A DNA stretch of 64,000 nucleotides from Macrostomum hystrix (lineage: Eukaryota > Animalia > Platyhelminthes). The position numbers and the translations under genes are program-made. Shown here in pieces: positions 44,001 to 56,826 of this stretch (position 1 is its first letter; each line of letters opens with the position of its first letter). The notes beneath the pieces are model-generated. The model was not told the DNA's origin, made no database searches, and was given only the letters and a program-made list of their open reading frames with translations. Location of the stretch: positions 7,998,001 through 8,062,000 of the forward strand of contig CATNEN010000029.1 in assembly GCA_950097015.1 (NCBI GenBank). Reading direction: 5' to 3'.

Positions 44001-47000
44001 GAGACGGCATTATCGCAATATCCCCATAGTCATTCAGCGAGATGGCATTATCGCAATATCCCCATAGTCATTCAGCGAGACGGCATTATCGCAATATCCC
44101 CATAGTCATTCAGCGAGACGGCATTATCGCAATATCCCCATAGTCATTCAGCGAGACGGCATTATCACATCATCCCCAAGGCCACTCAATGAAATGGGAT
44201 TATCCCATTATTACTATGGTCACTTACTCAGATAACATCAATCTCTTCGTTCAAAACACAATAGCAGTAAAAGTACACGAATTACAAAAAATTCGGTATT
44301 TTTCATGCAAAAAAAGACTGATTGAATATATTTAAAAGTTGTGCACCGGGTGAAAATGGGTGTGATTATCGGGTAATTTATATAATTGCTTTCAAGGTTT
44401 TCGAACTCATAAAATAGTTAGGTAAAGATGTCATCGAAATTGAGGACTAATATAGTCCTACGCACAACGCTTTATCATACACTGCTTCCATGCAAAGACG
44501 CATCGTCAAGTTTGGTCACACTATGTACTCCGCTAAATAAAATGTAACTAACTCACATAACCCCGTTAACTTTCTAAAATTAGCTTTGTTCAACTAAGTT
44601 CAGTTACACATTTTGATTCACAATACACTTCTACTGTGTCTTACAGGTTGACCCTCAAGGGCGTTATTTGCACGACAAGACACCAAGCCTTCTCTCTGCG
44701 GTTCCGCCCCAAAATGAATTGTGGCCTCGCCGCGGAATCGAGTTTAGGGACCTTGGTGCGAGAGGCAGACGCGTTTGACCGCTCTGCCATTCAACCCCAA
44801 CCTCTGATTGACAGTAAAGTGACGGAAAAAAAATAAGACAAAATAATCAGTAAGCGCCCACACAATATTAGGCTTGCACACTTAAATAAGCGAGATTTCG
44901 AAAGCTTTTAAGAGATTAGCGCAGGTGCAAATGGCTCGAGTACAGTAGCGACAACAATCAGTGACTGATGCAATCAATATAGACGACATCTACTGCTTAT
45001 GCAAAACAAAAAGAGTGCAATAGTACAATAGACTGTAATGAGACTGGACACGAAAGCACTAAGCAAGAATGCCATGCGGTGCGAAAGCGGCCCTCTGTCT
45101 GAGGCCAGACTTCCTAAAACGATGACGAAAGTCAAGCATAGCTGATTATAAAGCAGAACCTGCTTCGCGCTATTCAAATGCCATCTTTATAAATGCGTGC
45201 TCGAGTATAAAGTGCTCGACTGCCGATCCGGCCTGTGTTAGATCGATATTGAATAGAATATTACACAGGTAAAGGTGAGTCTATCGGTTTTTGCAACGGC
45301 GTTGAAAAATTATATCCTTTCAATCGTTATTTGTTAAAGCAGTCAGAGCAGCATACAAAGCTTGCGAATGATGAGCACACGACTGGCTATATAAACTCAA
45401 CCAGGCTCAAACTACAGACAGAGCAATAAATTAAAAGTCCAAAAACAGAGACGCAAAATGTAAGACGGATAAAATTACATTGTTCGATTAAGGTTGCAGC
45501 TAAGGAGTGAGGTGTATATAGCTAAAGAGTGAGGTAGGTGCAGGTAATAATTGAGATAGAAAATTGAGTGTAGATAAAGAGTGGGGTGAGTGAAGCTAAG
45601 GAGTGAGGTGGGTGCAGCTAAGGAGTGAGATGGGTGCACATTAGGAGTGATGTGGGTGAACCTAAGGAGTGAGGCTGGTACAGCTAAGGAGTGAGGTGTG
45701 TGCAGCTAAGGAGTGAGGCTGGTACAGCTAAGGAGTGAGGTGTGTGCAGCTAAGGAGTGAGGCTGGTACAGCTAAGGAGTGAGGCGGCTGCAGCAAAGGA
45801 GTGAGATGGGTGCACATTAGGAGTGATGTGGGTGAACCTAAGGAGTGAGGCTGGTACAGCTAAGGAGTGAGGCGGGTGCAGCTAAGGAGTGAGATGGGGG
45901 CACATTAGGAGTGATGTGGGTGAACCTAAGGAGTGAGGCTGGTACAGCTAAGGAGTGAGGTGTGTGCAGCTAATGAGTGAGGTAGGTGCAGGTAATGAAT
46001 GGGATGGGTGTAGGTAAAGAGTGGGGTGAGTGAAGCTAAGGAGTGAGATGGGTGCACATTAGGAGTGATGTGGGTGAACCTAAGGAGTGAGGCTGGTACA
46101 GCTAAGGAGTGAGGTGTGTGCAGCTAAGGAGTGAGGTAGGTGCAGGTAATGAATGGGATGGGTGTAGGTAAAGAGTGGGGAGGGTACAGCTAAGGAGTGA
46201 GGTGGGTGCAGGAGAGAAGTGAGTGATGTTGCTGCATGTGCCATGATCTAAATGAGCTTCATTTGTCAAGTTACAATGTTTAATAAGTACAGAACAGTTG
46301 TAATACCAATTCAAATATATTCGAAAACACAGAGAGTAGCGACAAACTGATCGAATACTAATAACTTCAAAAAGGAACAGAAGGGCACTGACCGTGTTGA
46401 CAGATGAATTGGTGGCTAGACCCACGGCGGCTATGATGGCGGCGCAGATCAGGAAGCAGACAAAGTCAAAGGTCCAGCGGCCCTTATCCATGACAGTGCG
46501 ATACACTTGGCTAACCATCAGTCGAGCGCGCATGGAGTTCATAAAGGCCTTTTTAAAGTTACAGAGCGGTTTTAGACATTTAAAGACTAAAGGCATTAAC
46601 AGCAGCAAGAATAAACGGCAGTAGGGATTAGCGGAAGTGGCTAACGGCAGAAGGGATTAACGGAAGTGGCTAACGGCAGTAGGGATTAACGGAAGTGGCT
46701 AACGGCAGTAGGGATTAGCGGAAGTGGCTAACGGCAGTAGGATTAATGGAAGTGGCTAACGGCAGTAGGGATTAACGGAAGTGGCTAACGGCAGTAGGGA
46801 TTAACGGAAGTGGCTAACGGCAGTAGGGATTAGCGGAAGTGGCTAACGGCAGTAGGATTAATGGAAGTGGCTAACGGCAGTAGGATTAATGGAAGTGGCT
46901 AACGGCAGTAGGGATTAGCGGAAGTGGCTAACGGCAGTAGGATTAATGGAAGTGGCTAACGGCAGTAGGATTAATGGAAGTGGCTAACGGCAGTAGGATT

Positions 47001-50000
47001 AATGGAAGTGGCTAACGGCAGTAGGGATTAGCGGAAGTGGCTAACGGCAGTAGGATTAATGGAAGTGGCTAACGGCAGTATGGATTAACGGAAGTGGCTA
47101 ACAGCAGTAGGGATTAAGGGCAGTAGGGATTAACGGAAGTGGCTAACGGCAGTAGGGATTAAGGGCAGTAGGGATTAACGGCAGTGAGAATAAACGGCAG
47201 TAGGGATTAACAGAAGTAGAGATTAACAGCAGAAGGGATTAACGGCAATAGGTAGCAACGGCGGTAGTAATCAAATACGGTAGGGATTAACGGCAGTGGG
47301 GATTAACGACCGAAAGAATTAAAGGCAGCAGGGGTTAAAAGCAATGGGGTTAATGAAATTAAGGATTAGGAGAAGTAAGGATTAACGCCAGTAAGGATTA
47401 AAAGGCAGTAGGGATTAACGGTAGTAGGGATTTACGGCAGTATGGATTAACGGCAATAGGTAGAACGGCGTACGGAATAATGGCGGAAGGGAATAAAGGT
47501 GGTATATATTAAAATGCGGTAGGGATTAATAGCGAAAGTTGATTAAACCGTTGTAAAAGACATGTAATACTAAATAAGAAGCAGCACTCAATCACGGGAG
47601 AGACAGGTGTGAACACTCGTTTGAGTCGATCAGAGATAGATTGATAGAAGATCCGGTAAAAACACTAACCAATCGCAAGCCTTTAATAAGACCCACCTGC
47701 ATCCGCTTAGAGTCGACGGCACCTTCGGCATCGTCATCATCAGTATCCTGATTGTTGTTGTCTCTGCCGGCGCGGCTTACTGTGGGATGGAACAGATTCA
47801 CGCTGGTGTTGTTGCGCCGGCCGATGCCCAGAAACATCAGGCGGCTAAGCAGTGCTTCTGCTGTCTTGGCCGGGCAGAGACACACGATCTGAATGTATAT
47901 GCCCTTGCTCATGGGCGTCAGCGTGTAGAACAGAGAATTCTCCTCCAGCTCAAGGCGGACAATCTGTGGCAATTTCAGAACGAGTAAAAGTACATAAAAA
48001 TTCAATGACACTCGAGTCCCTACTCAAATGGTGACTAGAAGTGATTCTGTCACCTGTCAAAAATGACTCACAGAGATTTGTAACACGAAGTGACGGAGTT
48101 ATAAAAATGAATAACGGCGGTAGGGAACGACGTAGTTATTAAAAAAGATGTTCTGTCACTCGAGTGACGGAATTATTAAAAAGATTAACTGCGTGGTAGG
48201 CAATGACGGATTTATTAAAAAGAGATTCTGTCACTCGAGTGACGGATTTATTAAAAAGAGATTCTCTCACTCGAGTGACGGAGTTATTAATAAGAGATTT
48301 TGTCACTCGAGTGACGGATTTATTAAAAGAGATTCTGTCACTCGAGAAACGGAGTTGTAAAAGAGATTTTGTCACGCGAGTGACGGAGTTATTAAAAGAT
48401 ATTCTGTCACTCGAGAAACGGAGTTAAAAAAGATATTTTTAATTGAGGTGATTCCGGGTAACAGCCAATTTTAAGCATTGGCTAATAAAATGTTGCGCAG
48501 CTCACCTCTGTTGGAGTAAGGGGCCGCTTGTGCTTCTTAGACAGCCGGTCAACCCGCTGGATGCTCCTCTGATTGGCGGCCTCCTGGTCAAAGTCGACAG
48601 AGTCGACGCCAACTTCGCTGCCGCTGGCACCCGATGCCGCTGACTCCGGCCGATCGTGCATCTCCAAAGCGTTGGCGCTGGTAACGGATTCCAAAGTGAA
48701 GTCAACGTGCCGATCAGACAGGGGCGACTGAGGCGGCTTCAGGGCCGAACGCTATTGTTGATGAGCGGATGTAAGCGGGTATCAGTTTCAGATTCCTTTC
48801 CTTAATACTACCTGTGTAAAAGTTCACGTGAGTGACGGGGTTAAGGCTTGGGAGTGAGGTGGGTTGGCTATGGAGTGAGGTTTGTAGGCTAGGGAGTGAG
48901 GTATGTAGGCTAGGGAGAAAGGTGGGTTGGCAAAGGAGTGAGGTGGGTGGCTAGGGATTGAGGTTGGTTGGTCAGGGAGTGAGGTTAGTTGGCTAAAGAG
49001 TGAGTTTGGCTAGTGAGTGAGGTGGGTAGGCTAGGGAGTGAGGTGGGTTAGCTAGGGAGTGGGGTGTAGGCTTGGGAGTGAGGTTGTTGCTGCGGAAATT
49101 TTGAGGTTACTGTCTGCAAGTGATGTACCTTTCTGACGCCTGGCGTCTCGCAGTCCGGCATCAGAGGTCTCTCAGCAACGCAGTCGTCACTGTTCACACT
49201 CGGCACGGACCCGCTAACCACGCTAGGTGCTGCATCCGTTGTACTTGGAGCAGCAGCAACAACAGCCGCGGCAGCTACTGCGGCAACTGTTGCAGCGGCC
49301 GTGGAGGCCAAAGAGGTGGTAGCTCCCGTGGCGCCGCTGGCAGTTGACGAAGCGCTGGCGATGTTTGAACCGCCGCTTGCAACGCCTGCGTCGGAAGATG
49401 AAACTGTCGGATTCTGGATCGGGTGTGAAGTGGTGGACGGAGCAAAACTTCTACTTTACGCTAAAATATTCTGCGATCTCTGCAAAGGGATTATTGAATA
49501 CAAACTGTAAAATATTAAAATGAAAATTCTCCCGATTCTGGAATATCAGTCAACATCACAGATTCTACGTAAAAAATCGACAACTAACAGATTGTTGAAT
49601 GACAGCTTACAGATTGTTGAATGACAGCTTACAGATTGTTGAATGACAGCTTACGGATTGTTGAATGACAGCTTACAGATTGTTGAATGACAGCTTACAG
49701 ATTGTTGAATGACAGCTTACAGATTGTTGAATGACAGCTTACAGATTCGTGAATGACAGCTTACAGATTGTTGAATGACAGCTTACGGATTGTTGAATGA
49801 CAGCTTACAGATTGTTGAATGACAGCTTACAGATTGTTGAATGACAGCTTACAGATTGTTGAATGACAGCTTACAGATTCGTGAATGACAGCTTACAGAT
49901 TGTTGAATGACAGCTTACAGATTGTTGAATGACAGCTTACAGATTGTTGAATGACAGCTTACGGATTGTTGAATGACAGCTTACAGATTGTTGAATGACA

Positions 50001-50794
50001 GCTTACAGATTGTTGAATGACAGCTTACAGCTTACAGCTCCTACTCGCGTGTAGAATTTAAATGAGTAGAATAGAAAAAAACCGAGCCAATATGAAAGGG
50101 TACGCACGGGTAAGTTTCACAGGTGCTTAAGCAAAAACATGTAAGTCATCACCAGATTGCCAACTATACCAATATCAAAGCAATTATAAAACTTACGCGA
50201 CTTCGTTTAAAGCGTTGGCGCTGAAAACAATAATAATAATCATGATGATAACCTGTCTTAGGTTCATTGTGGATTAAACTGTCTTAATAGATCTAGCAGT
50301 AATTCTGTCATAACAAGAGGTTTTAGCCTAGTGGTTAGAGCGTAGGACTCACAACTTGAAGGTCGGGGGTTCGATTCCCGACTCCAGCTGGAACAATCTG
50401 TGTCCTTTAGAAAGACACTTAACTCTGCATTGCTTTAGTTCACCCAGCTGTTAAATGGGTCCATGGACTGAACAGTCGTACGCAGCCTTCAAAGGCGCGG
50501 CGCAATATCTGCGGCTGTGCTGTCGGCTGCACATCTGGCCCAACTAGGGCAGGTGTAAAAATGTTTTTGTTATAAGCCGAAAACGTTTGCATACATAACA
50601 AACTTTTTATTTGTCTAACAATTAAACGCCACACTCACCGCAGCCTGGATCAGATTGCCAGACGATTCAAAATCAGCGCTATCGCCGCCGCGGTCAGCCA
50701 CTTCGTCAACGTCGCCATCTTCAAGGAGGTGGGCCGGGTCCAAGTCGCTCTCTCGCTGCTTCGGCAGGGTGACAACGAACATGCAGTTGGCCAT
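41038..50794 (-). CDS. DUF389-domain multi-pass membrane protein (~742 aa, 7 exons)
   Basis: Exons 50639-50794, 49129-49413, 48506-48751, 47697-47963, 46393-46548, 42335-42837, 41038-41653, phase-consistent. Motifs: SMRARLMVSQV, TFDFVCFLICAAIIAAVGLATNSSVNT-VASMLLSPFMGPILA, VGVAISASLLPPVANSGML, SMVLCLLNIVII. Confidence 0.85.
41921..42200. repeat. Intronic minisatellite, ~35-bp CCACGATATTTTACCCCCGCCGCCATGGGGAAGA
   Basis: ~8 copies. Confidence 0.9.
42960..44178. repeat. Intronic minisatellite, 38-bp CATAGTCATTCAGCGAGATGGCATTATCGCAATATCCC
   Basis: ~32 highly homogeneous copies. Confidence 0.95.
44622..44798 (-). mobile_element. tRNA-derived SINE family A, copy 2
   Basis: Collinear with 36425-36611, e.g. 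tgtggcctcgccgcggaatcgag and gggaccttggtgcgagaggca.acgcgtt.gaccgctctg. Confidence 0.7.
45498..46222. repeat. Intronic ~20-bp GCTAAGGAGTGAGG-type repeat with higher-order blocks
   Basis: A block containing ATGGGTGCACATTAGGAGTGATGTGGGTGAACC recurs several times. Confidence 0.9.
46610..47520. repeat. Intronic minisatellite, 28/29-bp GGCAGTAGGGATTAACGGAAGTGGCTAAC, decaying rightwards
   Basis: Regular to ~47150, then degenerate shorter units. Confidence 0.9.
48133..48425. repeat. Intronic minisatellite, 36-bp unit with palindrome GTCACTCGAGTGAC
   Basis: ~7 copies. Confidence 0.9.
48835..49085. repeat. Intronic degenerate 20-bp GCTAGGGAGTGAGGTGGGT repeat
   Basis: ~12 diverged copies, resembling the 45.5-46.2 kb unit. 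Confidence 0.85.
49586..50037. repeat. Intronic minisatellite, 22-bp ACAGATTGTTGAATGACAGCTT
   Basis: ~20 copies. Confidence 0.95.
50318..50515 (+). mobile_element. tRNA-derived SINE family B (MetaSINE-like core), copy 1
   Basis: A box TAGCCTAGTGG and B box GGTTCGATTCC, then GTGTCCTT..AAGACACTTAACTCTGCATTGC..CACCCAGCTGTTAAATGGGT. Tail GTCCATGGACTGAACAG..CGTACGCAGCCTTCA. Confidence 0.75.
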
Positions 50795-52026
50795 GACGAT
50801 GTGCAATCTCTACTGGACTGCCAGCAACGATTCAATTGACAACAACCGCTGAAAGATGGGCTGAAAGAAAGTTTGAAAGCGATTCATTCGCATACTTGAG
50901 AGATGCGACACGGGGAGATGAGACAGAGGCAAGATCTGACGTGGAAGACATATTCATGTAGAGACAAGACTACGGAGAGGAAAGACAGGTAAAAGATGAG
51001 ACAAGGGAGAGATAAGGCAGGGCGGAAAATGAGATACTTAGACATAAGGCACAGAAGAGGTGAGACTGGCGAGAATGGACAACAGAGAAACGAGTTACAG
51101 AAGAGATGACACAGGGGAAGACTAGACAGGGGAGAGATTAGACAGAGAGAAAGGACAAGAAGATAGGGCTAGTGGTTCGTATTTGAAACCGTATCTAACT
51201 TTTGGGTATCCTGACCCGTGCTGACCTAGATATGAGTCTTAATTTTGAATTTTAAAAGATCTTTGTTTGTGAACACTCTAGAGTCTGTATTGCTATTTCT
51301 TGTAAATTAAAATAGGACCAATAACAAAACAATAGTTACAAATCAATTTTTCACTGTTCGCCGTAGTTAAAAAAAGACGCGTTTAATGAGCTTCCTTTCA
51401 TATAAAATGAGTGTATATTAAATAGAAAAAAAACTGTTTGCTTATATAAGAGCTTGCTTGGTTAAAAATTTAATTTAGCAGTCTCAAAAAATTATTGATA
51501 GAAACGATATCACTGGAATAAAATGTATTTGAAAATCTCAACATTTTTTATAGGGCAGCTATGACATAAGATGTAACCTTGATTATATCTAAAAAGTATT
51601 TTCTTTATGAAATGGGTTATACTGCATAAAAATGGCTAAAAAATTATTCATTCTGTTCGAAACGGAAGTTATTGGAAGAGCTCAACTAAAAACTGTAAAG
51701 ATCAATAAAGCTGTTTAAATACAACTGAATCAAAAAGATATATATGTAAAGTGCAATTTTACTGAATTTACAACCATTATCATTATCGCAGAATAGTCAA
51801 CAAGAATTAAAAAAGTAACATTCTATTGAGTTTGCATAATTTTTCATATACGCTCGTTAAATTAACCAGAAAATTTTAAGCACAATTTTTCTCCAGATAT
51901 TTAAAAAAAACAAGTTAAAAAACTTCGAACCTTCAGGTAGAAATGAAGGAATTTTTCTTAAAGAAAAACATTTTTCAAATTAATTCACGTTTAAATAATA
52001 AGTCTAACACTCATAAGCGTTAGATT

Positions 52027-53571
52027 TTAGACACGCTTCCTATCGGACAGGACGCGCACAATGCAGCCAATCTGACCACGAGCCAGCACCTTCTCGTGCC
52101 AGACCAGCAGCTGGGCGTGGTTCTCCTTGGCTAATTCGAAGCACCTGTAGACATACTTCATTAGTGTGTCAATTTGAGCCTCGTCTACGGACTGTACAAC
52201 TCGTTCGATGTCGGCTTGCTTGGTTTGCATCAGAATGCGAAGAACCTGATTGGCTGCCTGCTCCTGTTGATGTTGAGTTCTTTCATATATTATGTTATTT
52301 GACACAGGCCGTTATAAACTGAGCCAGTTGACTACGAAACATTTGCGTTTGACGTTTAAAGAAAACATGCTTTGCGAATTTCGCTAATCCTTGTAGGAAA
52401 TGGCGAGGTTTGTTATTCCTTGTAGGAAATGGCGAGGTTTGTTATTCCTTGTAGGAAATGGCGAGGATTGTTATTCCTTGTAGGAAATGGCGAGGTTTGT
52501 TATTCCTTGTAGGAAATGGCGAGGTTTGTTATTCCTTGTAGGAAATGGCGAGGTTTGTTAATCCTTGTAGGAAATGGCGAAGTTTGTTATTCCTTGTAGG
52601 AAATGGCGAGGATTGTTATTCCTTGTAGGAAATGGCGAGGATTGTTATTCCTTGTAGGAAATGGCGAAGTTTGTTATTCCTTGTAGGAAATGGCGAGGTT
52701 TGTTATTCCTTGTAGGAAATGGCGAGGTTTGTTAATCCTTGTAGGAAATGGCGAAGTTTGTTATTCCTTGTAGGAAATGGCGAGGATTGTTATTCCTTGT
52801 AGGAAATGGCGAGGATTGTTATTCCTTGTAGGAAATGGCGAAGTTTGTTATTCCTTGTAGGAAATGGCGAATTTCGCTAATCCGAGTAGGAAATGGCGAA
52901 GTTTGTTATTCCTTGTAGGAAATGGCGAGGTTTGTTATTTCTTGTAGGAAATAATTAGTTCGCTAATCTTTGTAGGAAATGGCGAAGTTCGCTAATCGTT
53001 ATGCCGTGAATCTACTCTATAAAACTATATGGGATCGCTGTTATACGGTGGCTATAATTCTCAAGTGGAACCTTGGAAAAATAACCGGAAGTTTTCATTG
53101 GCTCACACACAGGTGTGTCGTTACTGGCATATTGACATCGAATGATAGCTTATTTTATCAAATGCCGGCATGTGTGTCTTTCCAAATTACAAAAAAAATG
53201 GCAGGGTTAATCGTGTAAATTAAAGGTGAAGTCGACTACAGACACCGAGGTATGAGCTGCACGACTAACACCATAAGCACATCAATAACAACACAGCTAA
53301 CAGACTGTATGGGGCACGCATTGCTCACCTTGACAGCCGCACTCGCAGCATTTACTGGCGGCTTTGCCAGGAGGGTGGCCAGCGCCTCCGATTGTTTACC
53401 ATCGGCCAGGAGGCCGCTTAGCTCAGCATCGGTGAGTGCCAAGACGACGTCGCCAATGCTGCCTTCCTGGCCAGTGGAATCGCCTTCCAATAGCGCATCC
53501 TCAAAATTGTCCTCATTGTACATGTCAACATCGACAGTACGAAATTTAGCACTGGTTGTACGCTTAGACAT
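52027..53571 (-). CDS. ARPC5: Arp2/3 complex subunit 5 (p16-Arc), 159 aa, 2 exons
   Basis: Exons 53329-53571 and 52027-52263. MSKRTTSAKFRTVDVDMYNEDNF at the N-terminus; DTLMKYVYRCF...LLVWHEKV...GCIVRVLSDRKRV at the C-terminus. Confidence 0.95.
52385..52995. repeat. Intronic minisatellite, 29-bp TCCTTGTAGGAAATGGCGAGGTTTGTTAT
   Basis: ~20 copies in the single ARPC5 intron. Confidence 0.95.
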
Positions 53572-56500
53572 GATTCTTGTCTTTAAGCAAAGTATAGTTT
53601 ATTTAGTAAAGTGCTGATCTTAATGTGACTGCTTCAAATCACTAGTGTCAATGCAGACTGGAACTAAGATACAGAATTAGTGACATGGCGATGTTACAAG
53701 TTAAAGTCTGGATTTCAGGCAGTTTTTAAAGGCGATCTAAAAAATCTTGCTGTTTTTACAAGTAGGCAAAGTAGGGATGAAAGTAGATGAGACTAGTTGT
53801 ATGGTATATGCATCTAAATCTTGTATATAGCTTTTCAGTGGACAAACTAAACAGACTGAAGGGGTACACATCACAGAACCCAGATTTTTATCCCAGCTAG
53901 AAAGTTGTTAGCTAATGAACAAGTAGTTACAAGTTATAGGCTTTTGATGATCTCTACTATACCTCAGAACTTTTTGAAGGCTTAGTAGTGACAAATATAT
54001 TATCAGGATCATAACATTTAGATGCATTAATTTTGAAGATAGAAAAAATAAAATCGAAGAATCTACCTTGCATAGAGAACTATAACAGTGCAATGCATGC
54101 CGAAGTGTCCAATGCCAGAATATGTCCAATGCAATGCAAAATGAAGACATTCCTTAAAGGCACAAAACATGCAACTAGCTATTAATTGCTGTTTGCTGTT
54201 ATCTAAATATAACAGCAAGCTATTATTCCTAACAGCTTGCTTAAATACCACTGCTAGACTACACTATATTAGTATATGTCATATCAATATTTATTAATAT
54301 ATCTTATTGGCATTGTTCTCATTTTTGCAATCTAGCTTATAGAAACAGGTTTATCACAACTTAAAGCCATAGTACCTGAAGCACTACTGTAAAATACAGG
54401 TTTTCAAGTAGCATACACAAAACCATGCAGAGCCATATTGGCTTGCTACCAATATTTGGTAGCAACACTGGGACAGAAGCACCTACCCCAAATCATGCCA
54501 TGCCAGCATACATGTAGGCATGTACATTCTACCCAGGGATGGCTCACAGTGGGTGCACCTATTCTAGTGCTCATAGGCTGCAAACCCTAAGCCACTCACA
54601 GTACAATAGTTACCTAATCTTATAAGAAACAATATTACAACAAATATTTCAGCATAGCCAAAAATCCTGAAACAGATGTACTAGTATATAATGTCCAACC
54701 ATGGAACCATACAACAGCTAGAAATATGATATGGGACATCAAAAGCTAGCTTTTATTAAAATAGTGCAGCTGTAAAATATAGTATAGAGTGAATAATAGT
54801 AATTTTATTCTAACAAGCTGCCATGCACACAAGCAGGACAATACCAGCAAATTTTTATGAGGGCAAGCATTACTAGGCACCTGTAGAAAGTCAGCTTTAT
54901 TTACACAGATGCATGCCAACTACACAAAACCTACTACATTATATAAACATCTTATTTAGACTCTTTTGTGTTTTTTTACTTTACTAGCTAATTTGTAAAG
55001 GGCACAATACATTTATTTGTTAGGTCCATACTTATGATGTTCAAAATTATTTTAGTGGTGATAAGACAGGCTAAAATGCCATTTTAACTAATTATAGTCA
55101 CTCAAACACTCAATGCTGAACACTATAGGCTATGGTTTAATCACAATTATATATAAAATATATGGTAGGCCCCTAGCTTATTCAAGTAAACAGTTTTTTT
55201 CAGAAAAGGGCAGCATTATATATAAACCATAGAGATATGTATATAAAATTGGCACATTTGGCACAAAAACAAGGCAATTTATTAGGCCGTCATACTATTT
55301 TTATTACCCGTACATACGTTTATAAATAAAAACCTGTTTGCAGCATCCAGTATCCAGTATCCAGTATAATCAGGCCAGTATCCAGTTTACCCGATACTTC
55401 AAACCAGCTACAAACTAAACTATTTGTAAAAAATCATGATGTTTTTTCATAAAGTATAGAATAAAATAATGTATTTATTAAGCTTTTGTATTTCTAAAAA
55501 GACAAACTAGTACAAGCTGGTATTACGTTTAAATGAACAATAAAAAACACAACACTTTTTAAACTATTTTTTTCTGTGAAACAATGCTGCATGTCTTTGT
55601 TAACTACATCGACGCGCATTTTGATTGCCTTGCCTAGCTATTGTATTTGATCATAAAGTATTTTATCTGTATTGACACTAATAGCTTTGTGAGTATAAAA
55701 TATCGGGTGTACTGTAGTTCAATAAGCAAAATATTAACATAGCGAGTACGCTTATCGCTTACTATAAGCGTTCAAAGTAGCTCGAAGTCAATCATGGTGT
55801 CCTACATTTGTACATGCAATCTACAAAAATAGCATATATACTAGTTTTTTGTTTAAAAGTTGCTACGCGGTATGGGCAATAATGTAATAAAAAAGGTGTT
55901 AATGTTTTTGCCCTTTATGGTCTTTTTAAAACACATAATGTGTGGCAGAGCAACAGCAATCGAAACATGTAAGTTTTGGTGTGTTACTATATTTTTTAAA
56001 CTATATAATTTAGCTAGGAAAATTATCTGTTGATAATTCAATTACATAGGGTTTATACAATTCCCAATACTTATATCATTTTTTGCTTTATGGTTAATAA
56101 TGTGATTATAAATATGTACTTACTGCTAGTCAATTCATTTGGATTTTTAGTTACTGAGCCAAACTAAGCTCTTAGGATGCAGTAGTTAGGTTGACTTCTT
56201 GGCTCCAACCAAATTGTTTTGTTCTATACTGTCATATTGTAAATAGTAACATTTTCAAGAATTGTCAAGAATCAAGAATGCCACAAGAATTTTTTGTATG
56301 GCTTTACTCTTTTAAGGACATCATAAACAGAAGTTGTCTAAGTATTGTTTTGCCCTGATTAGCTCCACTACATCTCTGTTCCGCCAAATTGAATCTTCCA
56401 CAGTTTAACTTTCTGCTAACTTTATTGAAAGTTCCTACTGAACTTTAGACAAGAAATAGCCGAACACACATTTTTATAGAAACCAATTTACTTTAAATAT

Positions 56501-56826
56501 TAGCACCTTTATAGAGTACACAATTATAAATAATAAAAATAATTAAAAATAATAATGGAATTTTTTCTAATCCTAACATAATACTAGTAAAATCCAAAAA
56601 GTGCTCTATTTTTTCTTACTTTTTTTGTTAATGATTGCCTATTTTTAGATAGGATTGTTGATGTATCTTCACAAAAAGCAATTATTTTTTTGTTTTGACA
56701 CTGTCAATTTTATATTGATGAAAAATTAAGTATACCTAAATTTTAGGACACTTAAGTATAAACAATAGCAACATCAGCAATGAGGACAATCTTGATTCTT
56801 GATTCATGCCCAAGCAAGAGTGCTAG

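Noticed and set aside
50318-50390. tRNA gene candidates at 50.3, 62.6, 36.6, 44.8 and 19.2 kb
   Set aside because: No complete cloverleaf or acceptor stem; each head continues into a shared non-tRNA body, so they are SINEs.
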